A DNA stretch of 63,642 bases, filler included, from Octopus bimaculoides (Eukaryota), in the NCBI RefSeq assembly GCF_001194135.2. It is 9 parts of 8 records of this genome, joined end to end, with 100 filler letters (N's around TTAATTAATTAA, not from the genome) between each part and the next. Parts side by side here need not be neighbours in the genome. Positions count along the whole stretch, not along the records: positions 37,618 to 40,203 come from NC_068986.1; positions 40,304 to 51,553 come from NC_068989.1; 7 more parts are not named here. One strand, given 5' to 3'. The position numbers were made by a program, and so were the translations under genes. Shown here piece after piece: positions 39,093 to 51,653 of this stretch. Below the pieces are notes generated by a model. That model searched no databases and was not told the origin of the DNA. It saw nothing but the letters and a program-made list of their open reading frames with translations. Every line of letters begins with the position of its first letter. Position 1 is the stretch's first letter.

Positions 39093-40163
39093 TACTGTAA
39101 CAAGTGGCAACTCTGCTTAGCAGAACAATTTAATGTCCACACTTAACCTTTCACTGATTTCCTCAAAGGAAGTTCCCTCTACAATTCTTCTAATATCTAG
39201 CTGACCCCTTGCCATAAAAAATGATGGCTTATTGTAGTATTTTATATATAAATAAGGTATAAAATAAGGTTCATAATTATCACACATACACACATTCACA
39301 TACTTCCCTTGTACACACACACATACACACATATACTCACACAGAAATGAATCGCTGATTTTCTTCACCCCTTCCTTCCTTATTCATCATTACCTCTTCT
39401 CTTTTCTCATTATCTTTCTCATTATCTTTCTCTCATTATCTTTCTTTCATTGTTGCTATGTATGTATGTATGTATGTATGTGTGAGTGTGTGTTCGCGCA
39501 CGCGCAGACGAACACGAACTGCCCAAAACCGTCGTTATATACATTTATGTATACACGTATGTTTGTGTTCTTAATTACATTGCGTTCTTCTATGTTTCAT
39601 AAACCAGCGTTTCGACAAATAGAGATCGATTAAATATGTTCCAATCGACCCAAACTCTCCAAAGCGGAACGACAAGCCTGGCCGCGACATCAAGAAAACA
39701 AAAACCATTCACACATCGCATCGATGCGCGGTCAAATATTCAAGGGGAATAACTTGGGTTTATATTTTCTTAATTATGTCCCTTAGGTACGATCGCTATA
39801 TTCCCTAAAATAAATTCTGTTAAAAAACATGAAAATACTATATTGGATTTCTCGATCCGGAGTATTATCTCGAAACTAAAACTCCTGTTTTACTTTTACA
39901 CGTACATTTTATATATTTTCTTTTGCGATTCTTAACGATGGAATTATAAAATTGCTTATATTTTTCGAGTTTTTGTAATGAGATATCGCTGCTAGTATTA
40001 TTTCTGTCGCATAAAAAAGCATTAGTAAGCGACCACGTAATTCTATTAAACTAATTCTTTTAAAATATTAATGAATTCTCTTAAAATCTATCATTAAACA
40101 AATAGAGACTTGTAATGCTTCTTTGCAGTAATATACACAATCGTTCACAAACGTACTGCGTAT

Positions 40164-40196
<33 letters not shown>

Positions 40197-40302
40197 CACA
40201 CACNNNNNNNNNNNNNNNNNNNNNNNNNNNNNNNNNNNNNNNNNNNNTTAATTAATTAANNNNNNNNNNNNNNNNNNNNNNNNNNNNNNNNNNNNNNNNN
40301 NN

Positions 40303-40518
40303 NGAAATTTTGGGGGAGGGGGCCAGTCGATTAGTTCGACCTCAGTACGCAGCTGGTACTTAATTCATCGACCCCGAAAGGATGAAAGGCAAAGTCGACC
40401 TCGTGGAGCTTTAGGTGTTTTCGCTCAATAAACACCCACAACGACCGGTCTGGGAAATCGAAACCGCGATCCTACGACCGCGAGTCCGCTGCCCTAACCG
40501 CTAGGCCATTGCGCCTGC
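40303..40518 (-). mobile_element. SINE C head joined to a SINE A 3' part
   Basis: 40402-40518 is the family C head and 40303-40402 is the family A core and tail. Confidence 0.7.
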
Positions 40519-40942
40519 ACATACATACATACATATATATGCATACAAAAATACCCTGTTGATGTTGCTGAAATTCCAATGAAGAAGCCTTGGATTTAGG
40601 TTAGAAACCGGCTCTATCTTTCGCTTGGCAAGAAATCTTGAAATAAGACGGAATAATGACATCTACACATACGTACATTCATAATTTATGGTAGCAGGGC
40701 CCGGGTTTACACGAGTTTTCACAACTAGTCATCACTCCCACCTCATGATAGCCGCTTAATAACGAGTAATGAAATGGCTTGAACTAATATATACAATATA
40801 TTGACTTCACCTGAGCTTTTGTGCTCTGTTTACTTAATCCGTAAACATTTCAAGAAGCGAAAAAAAAAATATTGAAACAAAAAAAAGCAGTAAGGAAACT
40901 ACAGTATCTCGACTTAAATCAATATTATATACAGACATACAT

Positions 40943-40980
<38 letters not shown>

Positions 40981-41369
40981 GTAGTCACATATACGCAAGC
41001 ACATACGCACACACATCAATTCAATTCACTTTACATCTCCTGACTTCAGAGCAACCTTCTGACGAGAGAGATGACGAGATGGAATCTCATTGGATGATGC
41101 AATAAATTAAGTCTGTCTGCCTGTTCTTTNNNNNNNNNNNNNNNNNNNNNNNNNNNNNNNNNNNNNNNNNNNNNNNNNNNNNNNNNNNNNNNNNNNNNNN
41201 NNNNNNNNNNNNNNNNNNNNNNNNNNNNNNNNNNNNNNNNNNNNNNNNNNNNNNNNNNNNNNNNNNNNNNNNNNNNNNNNNNNNNNNNNNNNNNNNNNNN
41301 NNNNNNNNNNNNNNNNNNNNNNNNATACATATATATATATATATATTTTATATATATATATATATATTA

Positions 41370-41436
<67 letters not shown>

Positions 41437-41459
41437 GTTGAGAAAATGACGAAGGAAAC

Positions 41460-41790
41460 GACCATAGACATTACCATACCTGGGGATATACGAATGGATG
41501 CTGAGAGGACTGGAAAATAATTGAAAGATATAAACCACAAATCTGAGCAATGGAGACAGTAACTGACATTTTTGTAGTTGTTGGGGGCAGCGAGAACATT
41601 AAGAGCCAGGTTTGAGAAATTTGTTGGAGAAATTGGGATTGACATGAGTGTAGAACACGCTCAGAAGACTGCTTTATGGGGGACAGCGAGGATTTTCTGA
41701 CTGGTACTTGAATGTTAAATATCATGAAAGAAAACCCTGTGAGGCACTTAAAACAGATTTGGGTGGAGAAATCAAGAAGTGAAATGATAA
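41460..41790 (+). mobile_element. R4/Dong-like RLE C-terminal fragment
   Basis: IDITIPGD...VVVG...KFVGEIGIDMSVEHAQKTAL.GTARI..LVLEC*. Confidence 0.7.
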
Positions 41791-41995
41791 TTATGGTTTC
41801 AAAATTTGGCACAAGGCGTACCATTTTGGAGCGAGTGCTTGTCGCTTACAACGACCTGAGAGCTCAACTGGTACCCTGCAAAGATGAAAGGTAAAATCGA
41901 CCTTGGTGAGAGTTGAGCTGAGAACATATACAACCCGAAGAAACGCCGCTAAGCATTTTGTCCGACGTGCTAATGATTCTGCCAGCTCACTTTCT
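41790..41995 (-). mobile_element. SINE family A
   Basis: Head and core; ends CCTTGTGCCAAATTTTGAAACC. Confidence 0.7.
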
Positions 41996-42002
41996 TAATC
42001 TG

Positions 42003-42324
42003 TATATTATTTTATTTATGCGCCCTTTTAAAGCCTAGCCAGGCTCATGGGTCCGGTTTCCCGGTTTCTATGGCGTATGTGTCCCCCCACCCCACCCCAG
42101 CAGGACGGGACACCAGTCCATCGCAGCTTTACTCAAGAAACAGGAAGAAAGAGTGAGAGAAAGTTGGGGCGAAAGAGTACAACAGGGGTCGCCACCACCA
42201 CTACCTGCAGGAGCCTCGTGGAGCCTTAGGTGTTTTCGCTCAATAAACACACGATTCTGGGAATCGAAGCCGCAATCCTGTGACCGCGAGTCCGCTGCCC
42301 TAACCACTGGGCCATTGCACCTCC
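42003..42324 (-). mobile_element. SINE family C variant with V-domain-like 3' module
   Basis: Family C head and left body, then CTGCGATGGACTGGTGTCCCGTCC. Confidence 0.75.
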
Positions 42325-42429
42325 ACTGTCTGTATATTAAGTATTCCTAAAAATAACCAGCATGTTTAGATAATCAGTCTCCAGTTTCAATAAAGCCGTG
42401 TTGATTATTAATAATGCTATTTGTTGTCG

Positions 42430-42464
<35 letters not shown>

Positions 42465-42800
42465 GATACTGTTGTTGTTGTGTTTACCACTGATTCCGAG
42501 TGAACCATCGCACTTCTAGTCTCACATGAACCATTTCTCCAGGAAATCTGCTGCAGACACAGGAAATGATGTAGTGGTATCTCACAGCATGTAACTGTTA
42601 TAAATAGAGACACCTGTGATACGTGCAGATAACTCATGAAAGGGGTGGGGTGAAGTAGGAGCGGGGTGGGGGTAGGGGGTGAAGTGTGCAAACATTTACG
42701 TATTTCTCTGGCTGAACGGCTGATAATGACGATTGTGCAGTAACAACAACAACAACATCAATGAAAATAATAATAATTTTGATTATGAAGATGATGATGG

Positions 42801-42843
<43 letters not shown>

Positions 42844-43275
42844 NNNNNNNNNNNNNNNNNNNNNNNNNNNNNNNNNNNNNNNNNNNNNNNNNNNNNNNNN
42901 NNNNNNNNNNNNNNNNNNNNNNNNNNNNNNNNNNNNNNNNNNNNNNNNNNNNNNNNNNNNNNNNNNNNNNNNNNNNNNNNNNNNNNNNNNNNNNNNNNNN
43001 NNNNNNNNNNNNNNNNNNNNNNNNNNNNNNNNNNNNNNNNNNNNNNNNNNNNNNNNNNNNNNNNNNNNNNNNNNNNNNNNNNNNNNNNNNNNNNNNNNNN
43101 NNNNNNNNNNNNNNNNNNNNNNNNNNNNNNNNNNNNNNNNNNNNNNNNNNNNNNNNNNNNNNNNNNNNNNNNNNNNNNNNNNNNNNNNNNNNNNNNNNNN
43201 NNNNNNNNNNNNNNNNNNNNNNNNNNNNNNNNNNNNNNNNNNNNNNNNNNNNNNNNNNNNNNNNNNNNNNNNNNN

Positions 43276-43442
43276 TAGTCGATTACATCGACCCAGTATT
43301 TAACTGGTACTTATTATATCAATCCCCGAAAGGATGAAAGGCAAAATCGACTTCGGCAGAATTTGAACTCAGAACATAAAAACGGACGAAATGCCGCTAA
43401 GCATTTTGCCCGGCGCGGTAACGATTCGGCCAGCTCGCCACC
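43276..43442 (-). mobile_element. SINE family A
   Basis: Head and core on the minus strand. Confidence 0.8.
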
Positions 43443-43444
43443 TT

Positions 43445-43482
<38 letters not shown>

Positions 43483-43762
43483 CAACAACAACAATACTAG
43501 TGATAACTGTGGCGGTGATTGAGGGATAGTATGAGGGATGAGATGATAGCAGTGAAGATGTCTTGATGATAAATAGAGGTGGTAGGCGTGCTGGTGTTGT
43601 AGAGATGATGAAACGTTGGAAGTAGGGATGGTGCTTTATGATGAGATTGTGGTGGTTGGTGTGGTGATAGTGGTAGGGGTACAGGTTATGATGGTGGTGG
43701 AGGCGGTAGTAGATGGCGTAACTATGGTTGTTAGAATTACGACTATGATGGCAGCACTTGGT

Positions 43763-43817
<55 letters not shown>

Positions 43818-45118
43818 AAACCGTAGTTGTTGTCGGTGTAGTAGTAGTAGTGGTAGTAGTTGTATTGGTGGTGGTGGTCGTAAATGTGAAGGTTGTGTTG
43901 GTGGTAGTAGTGATAGTTTTCCTGGATATGACTTCAAACTACATCTGATCGTGGGTCCCTGTTTTGAGAGTTTCGGTGGGGTTTTGAGGAATGCGGAACC
44001 ACCTGTTATTGTTCCCAGGGCTACTCTAACTCGCAGTTGTTACACCTCTCAAGATCCCAGCTACATGTTAATTAACATGCCAAGGGCCTCAACAGTCCCA
44101 GAGCACATGTGGCCTTTCAGCTCTTTAGCTGCTTATCTCAGAGAAGGCAACACAATACATATCCAGCACTTGAAAACTACTGGGATCGTGGCACTTTTTG
44201 CACCAGACCAAGTTTTAAGGATGAGGTAGTGGAACTGGCCCTGTACAAACCATGCTCCCTCTAATCCTTTTTTTATAGGCACAAGGTCTCAAGAAAGAGC
44301 AGAGAAAGACTAACAATATCAACAGCTTTTTCTTTATTCTGTTGAAAGGTAACAGAGTAAAGAAAACCAACCAATTACTTCTTTCTCTTCTCTCTGTTTT
44401 GAAGAGCCATCGCTCTTCAGCAGACTGTTCACTCCACACAGCATTTGAGATTACTGACATATTTCCTTTCTTCCTTCAGATTAAACATTTTTATTAAATA
44501 GATAAATCATTGCCCGGAGCTGATATTNNNNNNNNNNNNNNNNNNNNNNNNNNNNNNNNNNNNNNNNNNNNNNNNNNNNNNNNNNNNNNNNNNNNNNNNN
44601 NNNNNNNNNNNNNNNNNNNNNNNNNNNNNNNNNNNNNNNNNNNNNNNNNNNNNNNNNNNNNNNNNNNNNNNNNNNNNNNNNNNNNNNNNNNNNNNNNNNN
44701 NNNNNNNNNNNNNNNNNNNNNNNNNNNNNNNNNNNNNNNNNNNNNNNNNNNNNNNNNNNNNNNNNNNNNNNNNNNNNNNNNNNNNNNNNNNNNNNNNNNN
44801 NNNNNNNNNNNNNNNNNNNNNNNNNNNNNNNNNNNNNNNNNNNNNNNNNNNNNNNNNNNNNNNNNNNNNNNNNNNNNNNNNNNNNNNNNNNNNNNNNNNN
44901 NNNNNNNNNNNNNNNNNNNNNNNNNNNNNNNNNNNNNNNNNNNNNNNNNNNNNNNNNNNNNNNNNNNNNNNNNNNNNNNNNNNNNNNNNNNNNNNNNNNN
45001 NTTTCTCTTTCTCATCTTTTTATTACACCTCCTCGATAAAACGCCAAAATCACATTATAGTCCAAAGCGAAGTAAAGTGACTGACCGTTATAAGGAATTC
45101 CTTTCCTAAGCTTGTTAC

Positions 45119-45151
<33 letters not shown>

Positions 45152-45154
45152 GGT

Positions 45155-45189
<35 letters not shown>

Positions 45190-45190
<1 letters not shown>

Positions 45191-45380
45191 TATGTGTGTG
45201 CTTGTGTGTGTTTGTCCCCAGCACTTGACAACCGGTGCTGCTTTGTTTACGTTCCCGTAACTTGGATGTTCGTCAAATAAGACCGATAGAATAAGTACCA
45301 GGCTTTAAAAATATTACTGGAGTCGATTCATCCGACTAGGTTGTGCTCCAGCATGGCCGCAGTCTAATGACTGAAACAAA
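45190..45380 (+). mobile_element. SINE family B 3' half
   Basis: CTTGACAACCGGTGCTG..GACCGATAGAATAAGTACC..GACTGAAACAA. Confidence 0.75.
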
Positions 45381-45384
45381 TACA

Positions 45385-45416
<32 letters not shown>

Positions 45417-45927
45417 CTTTATATATATGTATATATGTATGCATGTATGCATATGTATATATAAATATGTATGAAACAAATAAATAAATAAATAAATAAG
45501 CATATATATACATATGTATATATGTGTATAAAAATACATATATATATATATACATATATACGTATATGTATGTATNNNNNNNNNNNNNNNNNNNNNNNNN
45601 NNNNNNNNNNNNNNNNNNNNNNNNNNNNNNNNNNNNNNNNNNNNNNNNNNNNNNNNNNNNNNNNNNNNNNNNNNNNNNNNNNNNNNNNNNNNNNNNNNNN
45701 NNNNNNNNNNNNNNNNNNNNNNNNNNNNNNNNNNNNNNNNNNNNNNNNNNNNNNNNNNNNNNNNNNNNNNNNNNNNNNNNNNNNNNNNNNNNNNNNNNNN
45801 NNNNNNNNNNNNNNNNNNNNNNNNNNNNNNNNNNNNNNNTGAATCATTACATTGTTTTATTTTACTTTCTTTCTTTCTTTCTTTCTTTTTTTCTTTCTTT
45901 TTTTCTTTCTTTATTTCTTTCTCTCCT

Positions 45928-46013
<86 letters not shown>

Positions 46014-46014
46014 A

Positions 46015-46045
<31 letters not shown>

Positions 46046-46252
46046 AGTCAGTCTACCTACCTACCTGCCTACCTACCTACCTACCAACCTACCATTTTAA
46101 AAAAAAATTTCATGATCTCTTTTGATCGAAATTTTATTTTCCCCCTTTTTTTCTATTTCCGAAAAGAAAAGCTCTACATTGTATTTTGTCCCCTCTGTGT
46201 TCGGGCCTGTGTGGCTAATAAAGAAACTTATGTCTCTCTGTCTGATTTCCTG

Positions 46253-46310
<58 letters not shown>

Positions 46311-46962
46311 CATCCATCCATCTATCTTAAAGCCAGGAACTTTTCAGCACCTTCTTGTAATATTCTGATTCCTAAATGGTGGTTGTTTTATTAAAAGAAT
46401 CAACACCCTCGTTGAAAAAAAAAGAGCGATTAACTGCTTTGATTTCTGAGGAGAATTGAAATCTCGCAGGTTTTGCTTATCAATTTGTGGTTCACGCAGA
46501 TTTCATATTTTATCGTTATGTCAGCAGAATAATAAGAGTTTACACGAAGAAGATTGTATGACGTGCGCTTTTTTTTCATTTAGTACACAAAAAATAAGAA
46601 AACACCAATGGAACTGCCCTCCAAAAGAAAAAGAATCAAGTCTTTATAGGTAATTCAAATAATTTCTCTGACATTTGGTTCTAAATATTAAAAAGGCTGG
46701 AGCGAATCTAAACGCAACGCAATCTTTTAAATATTTACAGCAATTTTGAAAATTAGACGAAGTTAATGAAGCGAACTGACGGTCGTGCTATCTGCAAAAC
46801 AACACGTATGCATGAAAGCTTGCTGATAAATGGAAAATATACAAAAACATGCACACGAACAAACACATACTTTAAAGACATGCGTACGTTATGCGCTTGT
46901 ATGTATGCATACGCACGCACACGCATGTATACATGTTGTATACTTGTGTATACATATAATAC

Positions 46963-47004
<42 letters not shown>

Positions 47005-47464
47005 NNNNNNNNNNNNNNNNNNNNNNNNNNNNNNNNNNNNNNNNNNNNNNNNNNNNNNNNNNNNNNNNNNNNNNNNNNNNNNNNNNNNNNNNNNNNNNNN
47101 NNNNNNNNNNNNNNNNNNNNNNNNNNNNNNNNNNNNNNNNNNNNNNNNNNNNNNNNNNNNNNNNNNNNNNNNNNNNNNNNNNNNNNNNNNNNNNNNNNNN
47201 NNNNNNNNNNNNNNNNNNNNNNNNNNNNNNNNNNNNNNNNNNNNNNNNNNNNNNNNNNNNNNNNNNNNNNNNNNNNNNNNNNNNNNNNNNNNNNNNNNNN
47301 NNNNNNNNNNNNNNNNNNNNNNNNNNNNNNNNNNNNNNNNNNNNNNNNNNNNNNNNNNNNNNNNNNNNNNNNNNNNNNNNNNNNNNNNNNNNNNNNNNNN
47401 NNNNNNNNNNNNNNNNNNNNNNNNNNNNNNNNNNNNNNNNNNNNNNNNNNNNNNNNNNNNNNNN

Positions 47465-47499
<35 letters not shown>

Positions 47500-48211
47500 A
47501 TATATATATATATATATATAGAAGCAATGGCCACTAAAACACAACAGAGGAGGTACAAATATTTTAACAAATCTTTTAGATTGAGCTTCATATATACATA
47601 CACACACACACATACTTACACCTCACATACATACACTTACACTATACAGACAGTATGTAGGATGTATATATGTTTTATATGTAAGTTCGTGTGTGTATGT
47701 GTCCTGCACTGTAGATTAGATTTGCATCGGACGAAACGTATCCTTCACTAAACTGCTAAATAACAAGAGTAAAAAAAATGATGCAGAAATAGAATGTTTT
47801 GAAAAGAAGCAGCATAAATAAATCGCATAAAGGATAGCATTCAGCATGCAAGTCTTCTAATCTGGTAATGTGGTGCGTGTGTGTCTGTGTATGTATGTAT
47901 GTATGTATGTATATATGTGTTTGTATGTATGTATGTATGTATGTGTGTATGTGTGTATGTGTGAGGGTATGTATGTATGTATGTCTGTATGTATGTATGA
48001 GTGGGTATGTATGTGTGTGTGTGTGTATGTGTGAGGGTATGTATGTATGTATGTATGAGTGTGTATGTATGTATGTGTATGTACGTATGTATGTGTGTGT
48101 GTATGTATGTGTTTGTGTATGTATGTATGTGTGTATGTATCTATGTATGTGTGTACGTATGTATGTATCTATGTTTATGCATCTACATACATCTGTACAT
48201 CAATATCTGTG

Positions 48212-48242
<31 letters not shown>

Positions 48243-48949
48243 NNNNNNNNNNNNNNNNNNNNNNNNNNNNNNNNNNNNNNNNNNNNNNNNNNNNNNNNNN
48301 NNNNNNNNNNNNNNNNNNNNNNNNNNNNNNNNNNNNNNNNNNNNNNNNNNNNNNNNNNNNNNNNNNNNNNNNNNNNNNNNNNNNNNNNNNNNNNNNNNNN
48401 NNNNNNNNNNNNNNNNNNNNNNNNNNNNNNNNNNNNNNNNNNNNNNNNNNNNNNNNNNNNNNNNNNNNNNNNNNNNNNNNNNNNNNNNNNNNNNNNNNNN
48501 NNNNNNNNNNNNNNNNNNNNNNNNNNNNNNNNNNNNNNNNNNNNNNNNNNNNNNNNNNNNNNNNNNNNNNNNNNNNNNNNNNNNNNNNNNNNNNNNNNNN
48601 NNNNNNNNNNNNNNNNNNNNNNNNNNNNNNNNNNNNNTATACATATATATACATATATATATACATATATATACATATATATACATATATATATACACAC
48701 ATACATATATATATACACATACGAAGTCAAAAATTATCTGCACTTTCGCCGTAACAACCACACACATCGATACATGTCGATGTGAATGTGAGTGCTGCTC
48801 GCTTGTGCAAATAAATAAGTGCATTTTTTTTTCTTAGAGTGTCCACGATTTAAAATGATTTTGTATTCCGTATTGCCTATTGGAAACCTGGTTTCAAGAG
48901 TAAGCAATTGAAATAGATGTGCTCTTCTCCGAAGAAATCAAAGACTTAT

Positions 48950-49570
48950 ATACAGCATCCCAATAACTGTCTATCCGATAAACTGTCAAGTACTGGCGCG
49001 AAAAATCTCCATGAATCATATGGCGACTTCTGTAAAAAATGCACTACGAAAAATACAATTCTGCGTGTTGAAGACGAGGTCTTCATAGACTGGAAACGCC
49101 TGTGATAAAGATAAATTTGGGAATCACATTTTTCCAAACAAAATATAAAAGCATGATACATAGATAATAGTGAACATCGATAAAGACGATAAAAATACCA
49201 AATGAAAACATAGTCGTACATTCAACATACCAAGCTTAAAACAATAAGCTGTTTCCCGTACATTCATACGTACATACTTTAGAGTTCAGCTGTCCTGCTG
49301 ACGTGAATATCTCTTTGGATATCAAGAAAAAGAGGATTACTGTGTACATTTGCTTCGAAACCTCGAGCTGTTATATCCAGATTATAAATTCATATTTATA
49401 CCAATAATAATTGGGGCACTCGGCTTTGAAAGTAAAAAAAGGCTTAGGTGACAACCTGGATACGCTAGGGTTTTCAGAAAATGAAATCAAATAACTACAT
49501 TGCACATCGCAATACAATTTGTAAGTGGAAGAGTAAAAATATGCAAGACTTTTCTCAAGTTTAAAACGTG
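48950..49570 (+). mobile_element. Decayed RLE-type non-LTR retrotransposon C-terminus (distinct lineage)
   Basis: ILEFSCPADVNISLDIKKK..LLRNLELLYPDYKFIFIPIIIGALG..GRVKICKTFLKF at 49270-49570; extension upstream is tentative. Confidence 0.6.
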
Positions 49571-50177
49571 ACAGTGTTTTTGTTATCTACATTCCAGCGA
49601 TGGAGTTTTGTATCTTTGTTAAAAACCAGCTCCTTCTTCAGAGGAAGAATTTAAATGATTAAAAAAGGAAAAGAACATAATACCTATATACGCACATATA
49701 TACACACGCGCACACATGTATATATGACCGGGACAAGTAAAATGTAAAAGTTGATTAAAATCTAAAAACAAATTAAACCACAAATAAATAGAAATTACTC
49801 AATATATGATTTATGTGGGGTTAATATTAAATATATCGAAATTTTCATTAGGAGCATAATGTTTTGTTATTTCGTTATCTCATTAGAATATCTCATTAGT
49901 ATTTTTTATGAAACAATAATAAACTCTGAATGGTACCCGATACGATTTCGAAATAAAAGCAAAATACCGCAAAACTGAAACTAAACGAAGAATACATTTA
50001 TGGATTCATAAATGTTAAGAATGGTACAGAGACAAAAAAATAGAGATCAATAGAGAACGCGGAGGAATGTTGAATGAAAATCTTAAGAGAAACATTAATG
50101 AATATATAGACACAACAAGAAACACAGGTAGATAGTGCTACCCACACACACACACTCACACGCACACACACACACTC

Positions 50178-50223
<46 letters not shown>

Positions 50224-50393
50224 NNNNNNNNNNNNNNNNNNNNNNNNNNNNNNNNNNNNNNNNNNNNNNNNNNNNNNNNNNNNNNNNNNNNNNNNNNNNN
50301 NNNNNNNNNNNNNNNNNNNNNNNNNNNNNNNNNNNNNNNNNNNNNNNNNNNNNNNNNNNNNNNNNNNNNNNNNNNNNNNNNNNNNNNNNNNNN

Positions 50394-50473
<80 letters not shown>

Positions 50474-50526
50474 CAGGCAGATAGAGAGATACATAGACAG
50501 ACAGACAGACAGACAGATAGACAGAC

Positions 50527-50562
<36 letters not shown>

Positions 50563-51224
50563 GGAAGCAAGAAGAGAGGCGAAGAAAGAGCTGAAAGACA
50601 GAGGAAGGAAGACAGCGACTGAGTGCATGTAAAAGAGAGAAGCATGGAAAACATTGTGTAGTTATGTGTGTGTATAGATTGTACGTATAAGTAGCTTTTA
50701 GTCTAATCTTAGAAATATATCGCGTAAAGAATCTTTAAGAACAGCGAAAGAAACGAATAAAAAACCAGCAGAATAGAAAAAGTAGGTATTAAAACAACTG
50801 ACAGCTAACCCCATCGTTCAAGAACCACACATACACATATACACACATGCATAGATTCATACCGATTGAAAAACATGTGTAAATATACATATACATAATA
50901 TACACACACGCCTGAGTGTACCAGTAGATATACATAAACTTAAACATTACTTATATGCTGGCTCTTTGATTTTACTGGTTTTTTTTTGGTTTGTTTTGTT
51001 ACTTCTCCATGTCTGTGTTTCCTGCAACACTGTTTTTTAAAGATATTATAATTTTTGTGCTGTTGGCATTAAAACTGCCATTAACAAGTCTTTTTGTGGA
51101 TTTCTAAGACCGGGAACACGGGTTAAATGAGGATATCTGAATAAACACTGAACCATATCGTTTCCAGAGGTTTGTTTAGTGTTTGTGGGAAAGAAAGTAG
51201 CCATAAAGACAGTAATAGTAGTAG

Positions 51225-51280
<56 letters not shown>

Positions 51281-51321
51281 TTAAAATTATAAAATAAAAA
51301 TAATAATAATAAAATTATTAT

Positions 51322-51532
51322 TTCAAATTTTTGCCACAAGGGTAGTTTGGGGTAGGTGCAGGATGAGTCGATTACATCGACCCCAGTGTTCAACTGGTAC
51401 TTATTTTATCGACCCCCGCAAGGATGAAAAGTAAAGTCGACTTCGGTGGGATTTGAACTCAGAACGTGGAGACGGACGAAATACCGCTAAGTACTTCATC
51501 CAGCGGGCTAACGATTCTGCCAGCTCGCCGCT
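51322..51532 (-). mobile_element. SINE family A
   Basis: Head, core and CCTTGTGGCAAAAATTTGAAAT end on the minus strand. Confidence 0.8.
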
Positions 51533-51653
51533 TGAATAATAATAATAATAATANNNNNNNNNNNNNNNNNNNNNNNNNNNNNNNNNNNNNNNNNNNNTTA
51601 ATTAATTAANNNNNNNNNNNNNNNNNNNNNNNNNNNNNNNNNNNNNNNNNNNN

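Noticed and set aside
40576-40615. ATGAAGA-AGCCT..AGGTT-A-GAAACCGG hammerhead-like string
   Set aside because: C3 is absent, there is an extra base before GAAA, and there is no proper cleavage triplet or helix I.
42480-42560. Possible small minus-strand exon (FPGEMVHVRLEVRWFTRNQ)
   Set aside because: Weak acceptor, no recognised homology, and it lies among microsatellites.
43951-44229. 92-aa ORF in non-repetitive sequence
   Set aside because: No recognisable domain on either strand; possibly an old LINE remnant but not assignable.
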